The position numbers were made by a program, and so were the translations under genes. Positions 20,186 through 29,749 of a stretch of 64,000 bases of DNA are shown in pieces (position 1 is the first letter of the stretch; every line of letters starts with the position of its first letter). The notes under the pieces are model-generated. The model worked only from the letters and a program-made list of their open reading frames with translations, was not told the origin of the DNA and did not search any database. The DNA lies in assembly GCA_029248525.1 (NCBI GenBank), contig JAQWJE010000002.1, positions 2,381-66,380 of the forward strand. The letters run 5' to 3'. This DNA comes from Candidatus Binatia bacterium. GTDB taxonomy: Bacteria; Desulfobacterota; Binatia; UBA12015.

Positions 20186-21349
20186 CTAGCCGCGCCAGGC
20201 CGCGATGCGATCGATCGCGGCCTCGATGCTTGCCGTGGATCCCGCATAGGAGAGGCGAACAAAATGCTTCCCGGCATCGGGACAGAAGTCGGAACCGGGT
20301 GCGACAAGCACATGGGCCTTGTCCATCATTTCCATACAGAAGGTCACGCTATCTTCGCTCAGATGCTCCACGTGGCAATAGAAATAGAATGCCCCGTGCG
20401 GGGAGGTGAATCGATCAAAGCCGAGCTGGGGCAGCCGCGAGAGAATCAAGTCCCGGTTCCTGCGATAACGAACCACATGCTGGTCGAGTTCGTCGCGACA
20501 ATCGATCGCGTGCAACGCACCGACTTGAGAAGGTGCCGGTGGACAGAGGTAGAGATTATGTGCCAGATCCGAGATCGGCCCGCGCAGATAATCAGGAACC
20601 ACCATCCAACCGAGCCGCCAACCCGCCATGGAATAGTATTTGGAGAAGCTGTTCACGACGATCGCCTCCTTGGAGAAAGCGCATGCCGTAGCCTGAGGCG
20701 TCTCATCGTCAAATACGATCCCGTGATAGATCTCATCCGAGATGAACCGGATCCCGTTCTTCTCGCAATAGAGTGCGAGAGTTTTGAGCTCGTCCGGGGT
20801 GAGCATCGAACCGGTTGGATTGCCGGGGCTTGCAACGATCAGACCGTCGATCCCGCCCTCGATCGCTTCAAGATCGGCAACGGTCGGTTGGAAACCATTC
20901 TCCATGGACGTCTCGAAGAGAACGCACTCGACCCCAAGTGTGTCGAGTGCGTAGCGGTAGCCGTAGTAGAACGGCGCCGGCATCCCGATCCGCTGCCCCA
21001 CATCAAAGCACCCGAGGACCGCAAGGATCATGGCGCCCGAGGCACCAAAGCTGATGATCACGTTCTCCGGGTCGACGTTGACACCGTATAGCTCGTCATA
21101 TTGCCGCGCGAGCCTCTCGCGCAGGTCCTCGTTTCCCGCAGCCCCGGTATAACCGAGCGTCGAATTCTTGCTCGCTGCAAGGACGGCTTCCAGAGATCCC
21201 GCAGGGGCTCCGGTACTGGGCTGTCCGACCTGCAGGCTGATGATATCCTGACCGGTGGCCTCGATCTCTCGGGCGCGCTGGTGAAGCTTTTCCGCAATGC
21301 TCGGGGCGGCCCCGCGGCTGGACGGATGAAAATTCGGATGGCGACTCAT
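20186..21349 (-). CDS. PLP-dependent aminotransferase, class I/II
   Basis: 387 aa. The PLP-lysine region is NSFSKYYSMAGWRLGW, with PGNPTG and a C-terminal RLSYA. Confidence 0.85.
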   Translation of the reverse strand: MSRHPNFHPSSRGAAPSIAEKLHQRAREIEATGQDIISLQVGQPSTGAPAGSLEAVLAASKNSTLGYTGAAGNEDLRERLARQYDELYGVNVDPENVIISFGASGAMILAVLGCFDVGQRIGMPAPFYYGYRYALDTLGVECVLFETSMENGFQPTVADLEAIEGGIDGLIVASPGNPTGSMLTPDELKTLALYCEKNGIRFISDEIYHGIVFDDETPQATACAFSKEAIVVNSFSKYYSMAGWRLGWMVVPDYLRGPISDLAHNLYLCPPAPSQVGALHAIDCRDELDQHVVRYRRNRDLILSRLPQLGFDRFTSPHGAFYFYCHVEHLSEDSVTFCMEMMDKAHVLVAPGSDFCPDAGKHFVRLSYAGSTASIEAAIDRIAAWRG

Positions 21350-21406
21350 GATTTTGATTCCTCAGAAGAATGGGGCAAAAAATTTCCAGGTTCGATCGGC
21401 CGGCTC

Positions 21407-21682
21407 TTACAACCGGCTTCGGGCACCGCCGCCTACGATTCCCAGATCGAGGAGAACCGCTACCACAACAGCGATCACCCCAGGGCCAGCAAGCCCGCCT
21501 AGCGCGGCGTCAAAGAAGACCGCGTACATCAGCGTGGTGAAGGGCAGAAAAAGAAAACCCAATAACGGCCACAAGAATTGCCCATCAAACTCCGGGGAGA
21601 AAAATGCGGGCTGAAAAAGCCAAAGCAAAAAAAGCACGACACGTGGGAAAAAGGCGGCGAGGACAATAAATAAGCATGGCAC
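21407..21682 (-). CDS. Small hydrophobic membrane protein (about 91 aa), start uncertain
   Basis: Track ORF 21407..21823 overlaps the upstream gene, so I trimmed it to an in-frame GTG at 21682. It has three hydrophobic segments (CLFIVLAAFF.., FLWPLLGFLFLPF.., GVIAVVVAVLLDLGIV). I recognise no family. Confidence 0.4.
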   Translation of the reverse strand: MPCLFIVLAAFFPRVVLFLLWLFQPAFFSPEFDGQFLWPLLGFLFLPFTTLMYAVFFDAALGGLAGPGVIAVVVAVLLDLGIVGGGARSRL

Positions 21683-21713
21683 ACCAGAAGACTGCTCGAA
21701 ACACCGACCGGGG

Positions 21714-23099
21714 TCAATCGCCCCCGCCTGTCTGAGTTTCGCGGCCGATTTCGTTCTCGGGGAACTCCTGAGCCAGCAACCTTTCGATACGCTCGGGCCC
21801 AGCCGCCACATTCTTGCGCGCATGCCAAGCCTGCCGAATCAGACTCGGCAGAGATTCATGGGAGAGAATCGACAACCGACTGCGTCTTAACCAACGGCCA
21901 AAGGCCGCACCCCAGGCTTGCAGATTAGCTGCGGTCAGAGCAAAGGCCACCAGGAAGTCCCGTGTATCGACAGGATGCGGCACCGGTTGGCAGAGCCTGT
22001 TCTGCTCGATCTCGTCACTCGCATAGCGAATTTCCACCATCGCAATCAGCGAGGCGCTGAAAACCTGCTGGCACATCATCAGCGATTGCAGGGTGATCCG
22101 CGGCCCCTCAAAAACGGGGCAACGGTCGCGCCGCGCGAGCCCGTCGGCCGTACAATCAACAAACAGCACCTTCTCGTCCGAGGACCACTCGCCGTGCTCC
22201 AGCACCATCGCCCCGGGACTGACCTGAACCACCCGACCGTCGCGGATCACCTGACGGACCCGGCGCAGCTCGTCCAGTTCAGCACCGCTCACCGTGGCGC
22301 AGCGATATTTCGTCGGCCATACGTCGGGGTCGAGTTGCAGCAATCGACCGGCTCGCGCCAGTTGCTGCATTCCTTCATCCAGAGTCTCCGCCGCCAACAG
22401 GACTTCCATCTGGGCGCCCAGCCCTTCGCCGGCCGGACGGTTCGGCTGGATCTGTGCACGGTCGAGAAACCAGGCGTCATTGGGCACTACCCAATGAATA
22501 TGATCGGGTGCCACACCGCGCTGCAGCAAGAGCAGAACGGCATCGATTCCGGTCTTCCCCCCACCAATCACAACGTAGGCCCCGAAAGGTTCCGACAGAT
22601 TCGCCAGCCCATTGATCGGCATCAGAGCCGTGCCTTCAGCAACCTCGTATTGAGGCCCCCGCACCGAGGGCACCTCGACATTCATATAGGTCGCATCGAC
22701 GATCTTCCGGCGCACCAGGACCTCATGCTCGAGTTCGGGCTCGAGCAGCGAGCGAAACCGGCTGCCCCCCATCGACTCGCTCTGAGGGAAGTATTTCACC
22801 TGACCGGAGCGCAACATCTTGTCCATGACTCGCTGGTAATAGGCGAGAATCTCGGCACCGCTGGAGAGATCCTCACCACCACGACCGAGGGGTTCAGAGT
22901 TGACGCCATAGAACAAGGCAGGCTGATGAAGCGTCACGAACGGATAGGCATCGTTCCAATGTCCGCCGGGATTCGCATGCCGGTCCACGATCACGATCGA
23001 GCAACCCGGGTCCTGCGTGCAAAGCTCATCCACAAAGGCCATCCCCATGGCCCCGGCACCAATGACTAAATAGTCGGCTTCCAGCTTCTTTGTTGACAT
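21714..23099 (-). CDS. FAD/NAD(P)-binding oxidoreductase (flavin monooxygenase-like)
   Basis: First dinucleotide-binding motif: DYLVIGAGAMGMA. Second: YVVIGGGKTGIDA. 461 aa. Confidence 0.75.
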   Translation of the reverse strand: MSTKKLEADYLVIGAGAMGMAFVDELCTQDPGCSIVIVDRHANPGGHWNDAYPFVTLHQPALFYGVNSEPLGRGGEDLSSGAEILAYYQRVMDKMLRSGQVKYFPQSESMGGSRFRSLLEPELEHEVLVRRKIVDATYMNVEVPSVRGPQYEVAEGTALMPINGLANLSEPFGAYVVIGGGKTGIDAVLLLLQRGVAPDHIHWVVPNDAWFLDRAQIQPNRPAGEGLGAQMEVLLAAETLDEGMQQLARAGRLLQLDPDVWPTKYRCATVSGAELDELRRVRQVIRDGRVVQVSPGAMVLEHGEWSSDEKVLFVDCTADGLARRDRCPVFEGPRITLQSLMMCQQVFSASLIAMVEIRYASDEIEQNRLCQPVPHPVDTRDFLVAFALTAANLQAWGAAFGRWLRRSRLSILSHESLPSLIRQAWHARKNVAAGPERIERLLAQEFPENEIGRETQTGGGD

Positions 23100-23153
23100 A
23101 ACTATCTCTCCGGATTTCGAGCGACTGCCCTTCCTGAAACCTCGACTTACGCG

Positions 23154-24830
23154 TCAGGACGAGGAGGACTTTGTCCCCGACTCGTCGCCATTCTTCTTGC
23201 GGGTATAGGACGAGGGCCTGGTCGAGCTTTCCCGAGGACTCCCCGTCAGACTCAGCGAGGCCTCGCTGCCCGGCCACAAGGGCAGGTGCAGATGAAAGAC
23301 ACTGCCCTTTCCGACCTCGGAGTCCAACTCCAGCACCCCATCGATCGCAGCAGCTAGCCGCGAGGAGATCGCCAAGCCAAGTCCCACGCCTTTCAGACCG
23401 TGCTGGCTGTCAGGGTCCACCTGGAAGAAGGCGTCGAAGATTCTTTCCTGGTCCTCGGGGCGAATCCCCGGCCCGGAATCCCGGACCGAGATACGAACGG
23501 GGCGTGTGGCATCGACCGAGGGCCCGATCTTCAGGCTGACCTCCCCCTCGGGACTGAACTTCAGGGCATTCCCCATCAGATTGAAAATAATCTGGCGCAG
23601 ATTTCGAGGGTCTGTACGAATCGTTTCCGGGGTTCCACCTTCGATGGCGAAGTTCAGTCCGATCCCCGACCGTGCCGCCGATGGAGCAAATGTCTCGATG
23701 GCCTCGTGGCCGACCTTCACCAGATCCACCTCCGAGATTTCCGTCTTCCGCATCCCCGACTCGGCTTCGCTGATGGAGAGAATATCGCTGATCAAGCCGA
23801 GAAGGTATTCGCCATTCCGGTTCATGGCCTCCTTTGAGCTTTCCTGCTCGAGCGCCCCCAACTCACCGGAGGAAAGCATGTCGGCATACCCCAGCAAGGC
23901 CCCGAGCGGTGTCCGAAGTTCGTGGCTCATCTGGGCGAGAAAGTCAGTCTTTGCCCGACTGCCGGACTCTGCCATTTCCAATGCGGATGCCAGCTTTGAT
24001 TCGGCCTCCGCGCGATTCTCGATTTCGTGTTCCAGAGTCTCTGTCTGCGCCTGCAATTCATGCGTGCGCTGCCGAACACGCTCCTCGAGCGAGCCGACCA
24101 GAGCCGAGATTGTGCGCGCCAGAGAATAAACCTCGACGCCGCCCTCCTCGCCGACGCGAAAAGCCGCGCCCTCTCGAAGACTCGCTGCAGCGCGCTGCTC
24201 CAACTCCTGCAGAGGATCGACGATCGCGCGTGTCGTCCAGCGCCAGACGAGAACCAGAAGGAATACATACGCCACCGACACAAAGCCCAACATCACTCGG
24301 AGCTGACGGCGCTTCTCGCGCAGGTCCATGCGCAGATCGGCGAGTTGCTGTTCCGTTTCGTTCCGAAGTCTCTCCGCGCTGCGGACCAACATCCCGGCTT
24401 CCCGATCAAAGCCGCGCAAGGCTTCCTTCAAGGACCCTGCCTCCAAACCGTCGACCTTCAGAAGGATTTGGCGGACCACCATCAGCGAGTCACTCATCGC
24501 GCCCAGCGATGATTTTTGGGCCGGCCGGAGGCTCTTGCGCGTCAGGCCGGCGATTTCTTTCTGCAGAAGGGTGAGGCTTCGGAGGGCCGGCGTTCGGAGG
24601 TAGACGACTCCGGAGCCGATCGCCAAATCGCCCTTGATGAGAAGATCGTCGACCTGAATCTCCATCCGATCCAGGTCTCGCAGGAACCCGCTCTCGGAGT
24701 CGATCGGCTGCGCCTCTCGTTCCAGCTCGGCCCCCGACCAAGCGACCGTCATGGCGACAAGAAAGGAAAGCGGTCCAGCAAGAGCAATCGCGATAAAAAG
24801 TTGCTGCCGCGCGCTCCGGCGAATCGTCAT
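23154..24830 (-). CDS. Sensor histidine kinase (two TM helices, no fused receiver)
   Basis: H-box FLAQMSHELRTPLGALLGY, N-box NLMGNALKFS, G1 VRDSGPGI, G2 GVGLGLAIS. There are two TM segments and a coiled-coil linker. No response regulator gene lies within the window. Confidence 0.9.
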   Translation of the reverse strand: MTIRRSARQQLFIAIALAGPLSFLVAMTVAWSGAELEREAQPIDSESGFLRDLDRMEIQVDDLLIKGDLAIGSGVVYLRTPALRSLTLLQKEIAGLTRKSLRPAQKSSLGAMSDSLMVVRQILLKVDGLEAGSLKEALRGFDREAGMLVRSAERLRNETEQQLADLRMDLREKRRQLRVMLGFVSVAYVFLLVLVWRWTTRAIVDPLQELEQRAAASLREGAAFRVGEEGGVEVYSLARTISALVGSLEERVRQRTHELQAQTETLEHEIENRAEAESKLASALEMAESGSRAKTDFLAQMSHELRTPLGALLGYADMLSSGELGALEQESSKEAMNRNGEYLLGLISDILSISEAESGMRKTEISEVDLVKVGHEAIETFAPSAARSGIGLNFAIEGGTPETIRTDPRNLRQIIFNLMGNALKFSPEGEVSLKIGPSVDATRPVRISVRDSGPGIRPEDQERIFDAFFQVDPDSQHGLKGVGLGLAISSRLAAAIDGVLELDSEVGKGSVFHLHLPLWPGSEASLSLTGSPRESSTRPSSYTRKKNGDESGTKSSSS

Positions 24831-25507
24831 CCGGCGCCACCGGAATTGAGGTAGCGATCCTGACGATCACGCAGTTGCGCCAATTCCGAAGCCCAGCCCA
24901 CGCGCGTGGCCGCAATCGCTCGGGGAGCGGCCTGCACCAACGTCGCGCCGAATCTTTTCTGATCCTTCGGAAGCCCTGCGAGAAGAAAGGATTCTTGCCC
25001 CAGCGTCTTTTCTCGCGAGAGATCGTCGAGCCCCATCCCCTTCATGCGGTCGGGAAACTCGCCCGCCATCAGATCCGCGGCGCCTGGCTCATGTCCGCGC
25101 TGCAATCGAAAAGCTTGGACACGCAGGTCGAGGTCCAGAGCCCAGGCGACCTCCAAAAGCCCCCAAGTCCCTTTTTCGCTACGGACATGAACCACGCCGA
25201 GAGGCTCCGGGCCTCGGAACACGGCATAGACGGTATGCTCTCCGAACTCGTAGTTGGGCAGATCCTCGGAAAAGCGCTGTTGCAATTCGACTTGCTCACC
25301 ACGCCCCAAGCGTCGGACCATGGAGCGATGCGTTGTGGCTTCCGGAAACAGTTCTGCGATGGCCGTATGGGGGTCTCTCAAGGCGCAAAATGCCTGAGCT
25401 TCTGCCGAACTCGGCATCGCCGTCAAAATCCATCCGACGCAAAAAATCACCCTCAGCATCGCCGGTAGAATACCAGAACCCAAAGGATTGCGCGGGAGAA
25501 AATTCAT
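24827..25507 (-). CDS. Exported hypothetical protein (possible FMN_bind-like fold)
   Basis: ATGA overlaps at both ends, with the upstream barrel gene and the downstream kinase gene. The signal peptide is MLRVIFCVGWILTAMPSSAEA. The segment SEKGTWGLLEVAWALDLDLRVQAFRL loosely resembles FMN-binding-domain cores, but this is weak. Confidence 0.55.
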   Translation of the reverse strand: MNFLPRNPLGSGILPAMLRVIFCVGWILTAMPSSAEAQAFCALRDPHTAIAELFPEATTHRSMVRRLGRGEQVELQQRFSEDLPNYEFGEHTVYAVFRGPEPLGVVHVRSEKGTWGLLEVAWALDLDLRVQAFRLQRGHEPGAADLMAGEFPDRMKGMGLDDLSREKTLGQESFLLAGLPKDQKRFGATLVQAAPRAIAATRVGWASELAQLRDRQDRYLNSGGAG

Positions 25508-26571
25508 AGACGGTACCTTAATTGGGTAAAAAGGCCGGTCGCATGCGGTTCCCCATCGGGAGCCGCCGCAATCTGGCGTACTTCAGCACTCAGGCTGAGG
25601 CCACGCACGATGCGCCAGAGGAAGCCCGTCCGGAGTTCGAGGCGTCCCCCCGGCGCGCCTGTGCCCCCTCTCCACTGCGGAAAGAACTGAAAGTAGCCGA
25701 GGAAAACCTCCGAGCGATTCCGCCAATCCAGCTCGACCACGCCGCCCACACGGCCATCCCCCTGGTCCTGCCCCCCGCTGACTTCGGCGAGGAGATCAAA
25801 GCTGAAAAATTCGACGCGACCGTCCAGGGCCATACGCCATCGGGACTGCGGCGGCGCTTTCCCGGCAACCCGGATGTCACCACCCGCCGCGGTCAGACCG
25901 AGGCTGCTCGCGGAGTCCAGCGGCATGCCGACGCGACCCAGAGCAAGCCAGGGGTCGCCGCTGCCATTCCATTCGTTGCCACTGCCACGCGACAGCGAGG
26001 CAATCCATTCGAGGCCGGCCGAGGTCCCTGTAAGCGCAGAGCCCCAATCCGTCTTGATCCCCAAATCCCGGCCGGTGGTATACTGGCGCAGGGTACCGTT
26101 GGTGTCGATATAGGCTTCGAGCCCATAGGGCAGTTCAAAATGGCCGACTCGAGCGGTTAGCACGCCCCGCGGCATCAGGAGAATATCCAGAAACGAGTTT
26201 CGAGGCTGGAATTTCCATTCACCCGTTCCGTCAAAAGCGAGTGGATGAGATTGTCCGACATCGACGCGAACGGCGTAAAGCTGCAGGTTCACACGCAACC
26301 AGTCGCGAGTTTCGCTGCCCAGCACGGTCAACATATCCAGACCGACCGCTTCCACATTGCTCCAGGCGGCAGCGCTCGTCGACCAACCGATGCGCTGGCT
26401 GACGTCGACTTCGAGACGCAGGTTCTCCTGCATCCGCGAAGCAAGCGTGGCATCCGCATTCCAGGCGGAACTGCTCAAAAGCTCCCGATCGGAGACCTCC
26501 TCTGCCGCAAGAGCGCCCGGAACGAACAAAACGACAGAAAAAAGAACACTTATGCACCAATAAACAAACAC
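25504..26571 (-). CDS. Outer-membrane beta-barrel (porin-like) protein
   Basis: GTG start at 26571. The signal peptide is FVYWCISVLFSVVLFVPGALAA. It has many alternating amphipathic strands and a C-terminal FTQLRYRL. Confidence 0.65.
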   Translation of the reverse strand: MFVYWCISVLFSVVLFVPGALAAEEVSDRELLSSSAWNADATLASRMQENLRLEVDVSQRIGWSTSAAAWSNVEAVGLDMLTVLGSETRDWLRVNLQLYAVRVDVGQSHPLAFDGTGEWKFQPRNSFLDILLMPRGVLTARVGHFELPYGLEAYIDTNGTLRQYTTGRDLGIKTDWGSALTGTSAGLEWIASLSRGSGNEWNGSGDPWLALGRVGMPLDSASSLGLTAAGGDIRVAGKAPPQSRWRMALDGRVEFFSFDLLAEVSGGQDQGDGRVGGVVELDWRNRSEVFLGYFQFFPQWRGGTGAPGGRLELRTGFLWRIVRGLSLSAEVRQIAAAPDGEPHATGLFTQLRYRL

Positions 26572-26770
26572 GCCGATTCATAGGGTCTGCCATTTGATCT
26601 GCGCGGTCAATACACTTCCCCCACGATCGGCACCGATCTTGACGAAATGACCGGGTACGGATGCGCGGCATTCGATCAGGAGAGCGCATTCCGCTAGGCA
26701 TGAGCGGCGCGAGCGACTTCGAAAAACATCTTTCGCAACGCAGGAACAGTCGGAGAATGGGCTTGAACTC

Positions 26771-28042
26771 ATGAAAGATACGAACCCAGCAATGCCACCA
26801 GAAGCTCGTAAAACTCTGATTTTCCTGGTCGCCATCTACTCGATCAACTTTGTCGACCGCCAGATTCTGTCGGTCCTGATCGAGCCTATCAAAGCGGATC
26901 TGGGCCTTTCGGACACGGAGCTGGGCCTGCTCACGGGCTTTGCCTTCGCGGTCTTCTACGCCACACTCGGGGTCCCGATCGGAAGGCTGGCCGACCGGGC
27001 CAATCGGATTTCCATCATTTCAGCGGCCGCGGGCATCTGGAGCGTGATGACGGCCATTAGCGGCCTGGCTCAAAATTTCTGGCAATTGGGGCTGGCCCGG
27101 ATTGGCGTGGGTATCGGTGAAGCCGGTTGCACGCCGCCTGCTCATTCGATCATTGCCGATCTTTATCCGGAACAGAAGCGCGCCAGCGCGATGGCCATCT
27201 ACCAGCTCGGCATTCCTATCGGATCGGTTGCCGGACTCATGGTGGGTGGTTGGATCAATGAGATTTGGGGGTGGCGGATCGCCTTTTTGGTCGTCGGACT
27301 TCCCGGCATCCTCCTCGCGATACTGCTCAAGGCATTTGTGAAAGATCCGCCGCGCACCCTCGCAGCCAATGGGGACCCTTCGGACGCAGGCCCCAGCTTT
27401 CGAGAATCGCTCGACCGCCTCTGGCAGATAAAGTCCTACCGGCATCTTCTCGCAGGGCTGTCGCTGGCGGGTTTGAGCGGGTACGGCGTGGGCACGTGGT
27501 TTCCCGCTTTCCTGATGCGCGGCTACGACATCGGCAGTGGCGAAGCCGGCTCCTGGCTGGGCCCCATCGGATTGGTCGGCGGGATCGCAGGCACCTTGAT
27601 TGGCGGCTTTGCGACCGATCGACTCAGCCTGCGTGACAAGCGATGGTACGTCTGGTTTCCGGGCGCCGCCATGCTGATCGGTCTGCCAGCTTTTGCGTGG
27701 ATCTGTCTGACGCAGGAGTTTGCCATCGTGATCGGCCTTCTGATCTTTCCCAATCTCTTCGGAGCGGTCCACACGGGGCCCAGCTTTGCGATGGTCCAAT
27801 CGCTCTCGCCGGTCCGCATGCGGGCGATGGCCTCAGCGATTGCCTTGCTGGTTACCAATCTGATTGGTCTGGGACTCGGGCCGCTGGTCATCGGAAGCCT
27901 CAGCCAGACTCTCGAACCGAGCTTCGGGGACCGCTCACTGGGCTATGCGATGCTTGTCGTGATCCCCTTGAACTGCTGGGCCGCGGCTCATTATTTCCTC
28001 GCCAGCCGGACCCTGACGCAGGAACTTGAGGCTATCGGGTAG
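26771..28042 (+). CDS. MFS transporter
   Basis: 423 aa with about 12 hydrophobic helices. An MFS loop motif, GRLADRANR, follows TM2. Confidence 0.85.
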   Translation: MKDTNPAMPPEARKTLIFLVAIYSINFVDRQILSVLIEPIKADLGLSDTELGLLTGFAFAVFYATLGVPIGRLADRANRISIISAAAGIWSVMTAISGLAQNFWQLGLARIGVGIGEAGCTPPAHSIIADLYPEQKRASAMAIYQLGIPIGSVAGLMVGGWINEIWGWRIAFLVVGLPGILLAILLKAFVKDPPRTLAANGDPSDAGPSFRESLDRLWQIKSYRHLLAGLSLAGLSGYGVGTWFPAFLMRGYDIGSGEAGSWLGPIGLVGGIAGTLIGGFATDRLSLRDKRWYVWFPGAAMLIGLPAFAWICLTQEFAIVIGLLIFPNLFGAVHTGPSFAMVQSLSPVRMRAMASAIALLVTNLIGLGLGPLVIGSLSQTLEPSFGDRSLGYAMLVVIPLNCWAAAHYFLASRTLTQELEAIG

Positions 28043-28110
28043 CAAATCGGTCCAAAAGCGCCCCTCGGCGGGGGTTGCGCCACAGCGACTGAGGTCTAAG
28101 CTGGAAGCCC

Positions 28111-29466
28111 ATGGGTTCCGGAAAATCCCGCGTGCCGGCAGGCCGAATCGAACGACTCTTTCGCATGGGTACCATGGCCGCAGATGTGGCCGCGGGCACT
28201 GCCGTCGAGACCGCACGAACCTGGTGGACTGGCGAGGCCAAATCCATCGGAGATCTGGTGGCCTCGGGGATCAATCCCCGTCGCCTGACCCGGGATCTCG
28301 CCCGCATGCGTGGCGCCGCCATGAAACTCGGCCAACTGCTCTCGCTCGAAGGCGATGATTTTCTTCCCGCTCCCCTGGCCGAGGCCCTCGCTGCATTACA
28401 GGACGACGGCGACACCATGAGCGACAAGCAACTGGAAATGGTCCTGGTCTCCGAATTCGGCAAAGACTGGCGGAGTCTGTTCCAGGAATTCGAAACCAAG
28501 CCCATGGCCGCCGCGTCCATCGGTCAGGTGCACCGAGCGGTCGCCCGCGACGGTCGCCGTCTGGCGATGAAGGTTCAATTTCCCGGCGTGGCACGAAGCA
28601 TCGACAGCGACGTCGACAATCTTGGCTCGCTGATCCAGACCGCACGACTCGTCCCTCCGGGATTCGAGTTGGCGCCTTTGCTCGAAGAGGTCAAGCGCCA
28701 ACTCCGTCAGGAGACCGACTACCTCGAGGAGCGCCGGTTCCTCGATGCCTACCGCGACAAGATCTCCGACATGAGCGATGTGACCGTGCCGGGCAGCCAT
28801 GCGGACCTGACCACCGCCCGCGTTCTCGCGATGGACCTGATCGACGCCCCACCCCTGTGCCGCGTCTGGGAACAGGATACGGATCAAAAGACTCGCGACT
28901 ACCTGGGCCGGCTGGCCCAAACCGTCGTCTTTCGCGAGCTTTTCCAATTCGGTCTCATGCAGACCGATCCGAACTACGCGAACTATCTCTGGCACCCAGA
29001 AGAAAAACAGATGGTGTTGCTGGATTTCGGATCGACGATCGAGATCCCGGAAGAATTGCGCAACCGGTATCAAAATCTGGTGACCGCGGCCGTGAACGAC
29101 GATATGGAGCGTGTCATCGAACTCCTTCTGGAATACGAGTGGGCTCCTGCCGACTCCCCGCGCCCCCAGCTCGAAGGCGTCGCCGGTTTTCTGCACCTCT
29201 CCGTGGAACCGCTTCGCAAGCCAGGAAACTATGACTACGGAAGCAGTGATCTGCAGGGCCGTGCTCGAGATCGTGCCGTCGAACTGGCGGCAACCCTCGG
29301 CGGGCTGGCTCCGCCTCCACCCGAAATCGTCTTTATTCAAAGAAAATTGGGCGGCACTTTCCTTCTATGCTCTCAACTGGGAGCGCGGATCGACAGCTAT
29401 GCCATGTTTCAGGAATTTCTTTCCGGTAACTTTTCTCTGGAGAAACCGCTGGAACTGCAAGACTAA
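28111..29466 (+). CDS. ABC1/UbiB-family atypical kinase
   Basis: Has the AASIGQVHRA motif, a KVQFPG segment and HADLTTA / QTDPNYANY kinase-core equivalents. 451 aa, with no TM tail. Confidence 0.8.
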   Translation: MGSGKSRVPAGRIERLFRMGTMAADVAAGTAVETARTWWTGEAKSIGDLVASGINPRRLTRDLARMRGAAMKLGQLLSLEGDDFLPAPLAEALAALQDDGDTMSDKQLEMVLVSEFGKDWRSLFQEFETKPMAAASIGQVHRAVARDGRRLAMKVQFPGVARSIDSDVDNLGSLIQTARLVPPGFELAPLLEEVKRQLRQETDYLEERRFLDAYRDKISDMSDVTVPGSHADLTTARVLAMDLIDAPPLCRVWEQDTDQKTRDYLGRLAQTVVFRELFQFGLMQTDPNYANYLWHPEEKQMVLLDFGSTIEIPEELRNRYQNLVTAAVNDDMERVIELLLEYEWAPADSPRPQLEGVAGFLHLSVEPLRKPGNYDYGSSDLQGRARDRAVELAATLGGLAPPPPEIVFIQRKLGGTFLLCSQLGARIDSYAMFQEFLSGNFSLEKPLELQD

Positions 29467-29579
29467 TTCTCAGATACGGGGCGAGGATAGGCACAGCTCA
29501 TTTCCCCGAAACCGCGAGGGTGCTACCCTTGCTACACGCGCCCATTTGGACGCCTGACCAATCAACGAGGAGAACAACC

Positions 29580-29735
29580 ATGAAAACGACGATGACAATG
29601 CTCGCGGCCCTCTTGCTGACTCTGAACTTTGCCGGCCCCGTGGCCGCCCATTGCGGCTCTTGCGGTGTCGGTGACGAGGCTGCTTGCGAGGAAGGTAAAG
29701 ACTGCGCCGAGCACCCGGAAGAAGCGGCTGAGTAA
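29580..29735 (+). CDS. Small secreted Cys-rich acidic peptide (51-aa precursor)
   Basis: Track ORF trimmed to ATG 29580, 7 nt after a GAGGAG RBS. The sequence is MKTTMTMLAALLLTLNFAGPVAA / HCGSCGVGDEAACEEGKDCAEHPEEAAE. A strong terminator follows. I recognise no family. Confidence 0.6.
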   Translation: MKTTMTMLAALLLTLNFAGPVAAHCGSCGVGDEAACEEGKDCAEHPEEAAE

Positions 29736-29749
29736 AGAAGAATGTGAAG

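Noticed and set aside
20009-23069. Plus-strand ORFs 20009..21091 (360 aa) and 21918..23069 (383 aa).
   Set aside because: They are antisense to the aminotransferase (PLP-Lys motif) and to the FAD oxidoreductase (two GxGxxG motifs). They have no motifs of their own.
28396-29340. 314-aa minus-strand ORF.
   Set aside because: It is antisense to the ABC1/UbiB kinase gene and has shadow-ORF composition.
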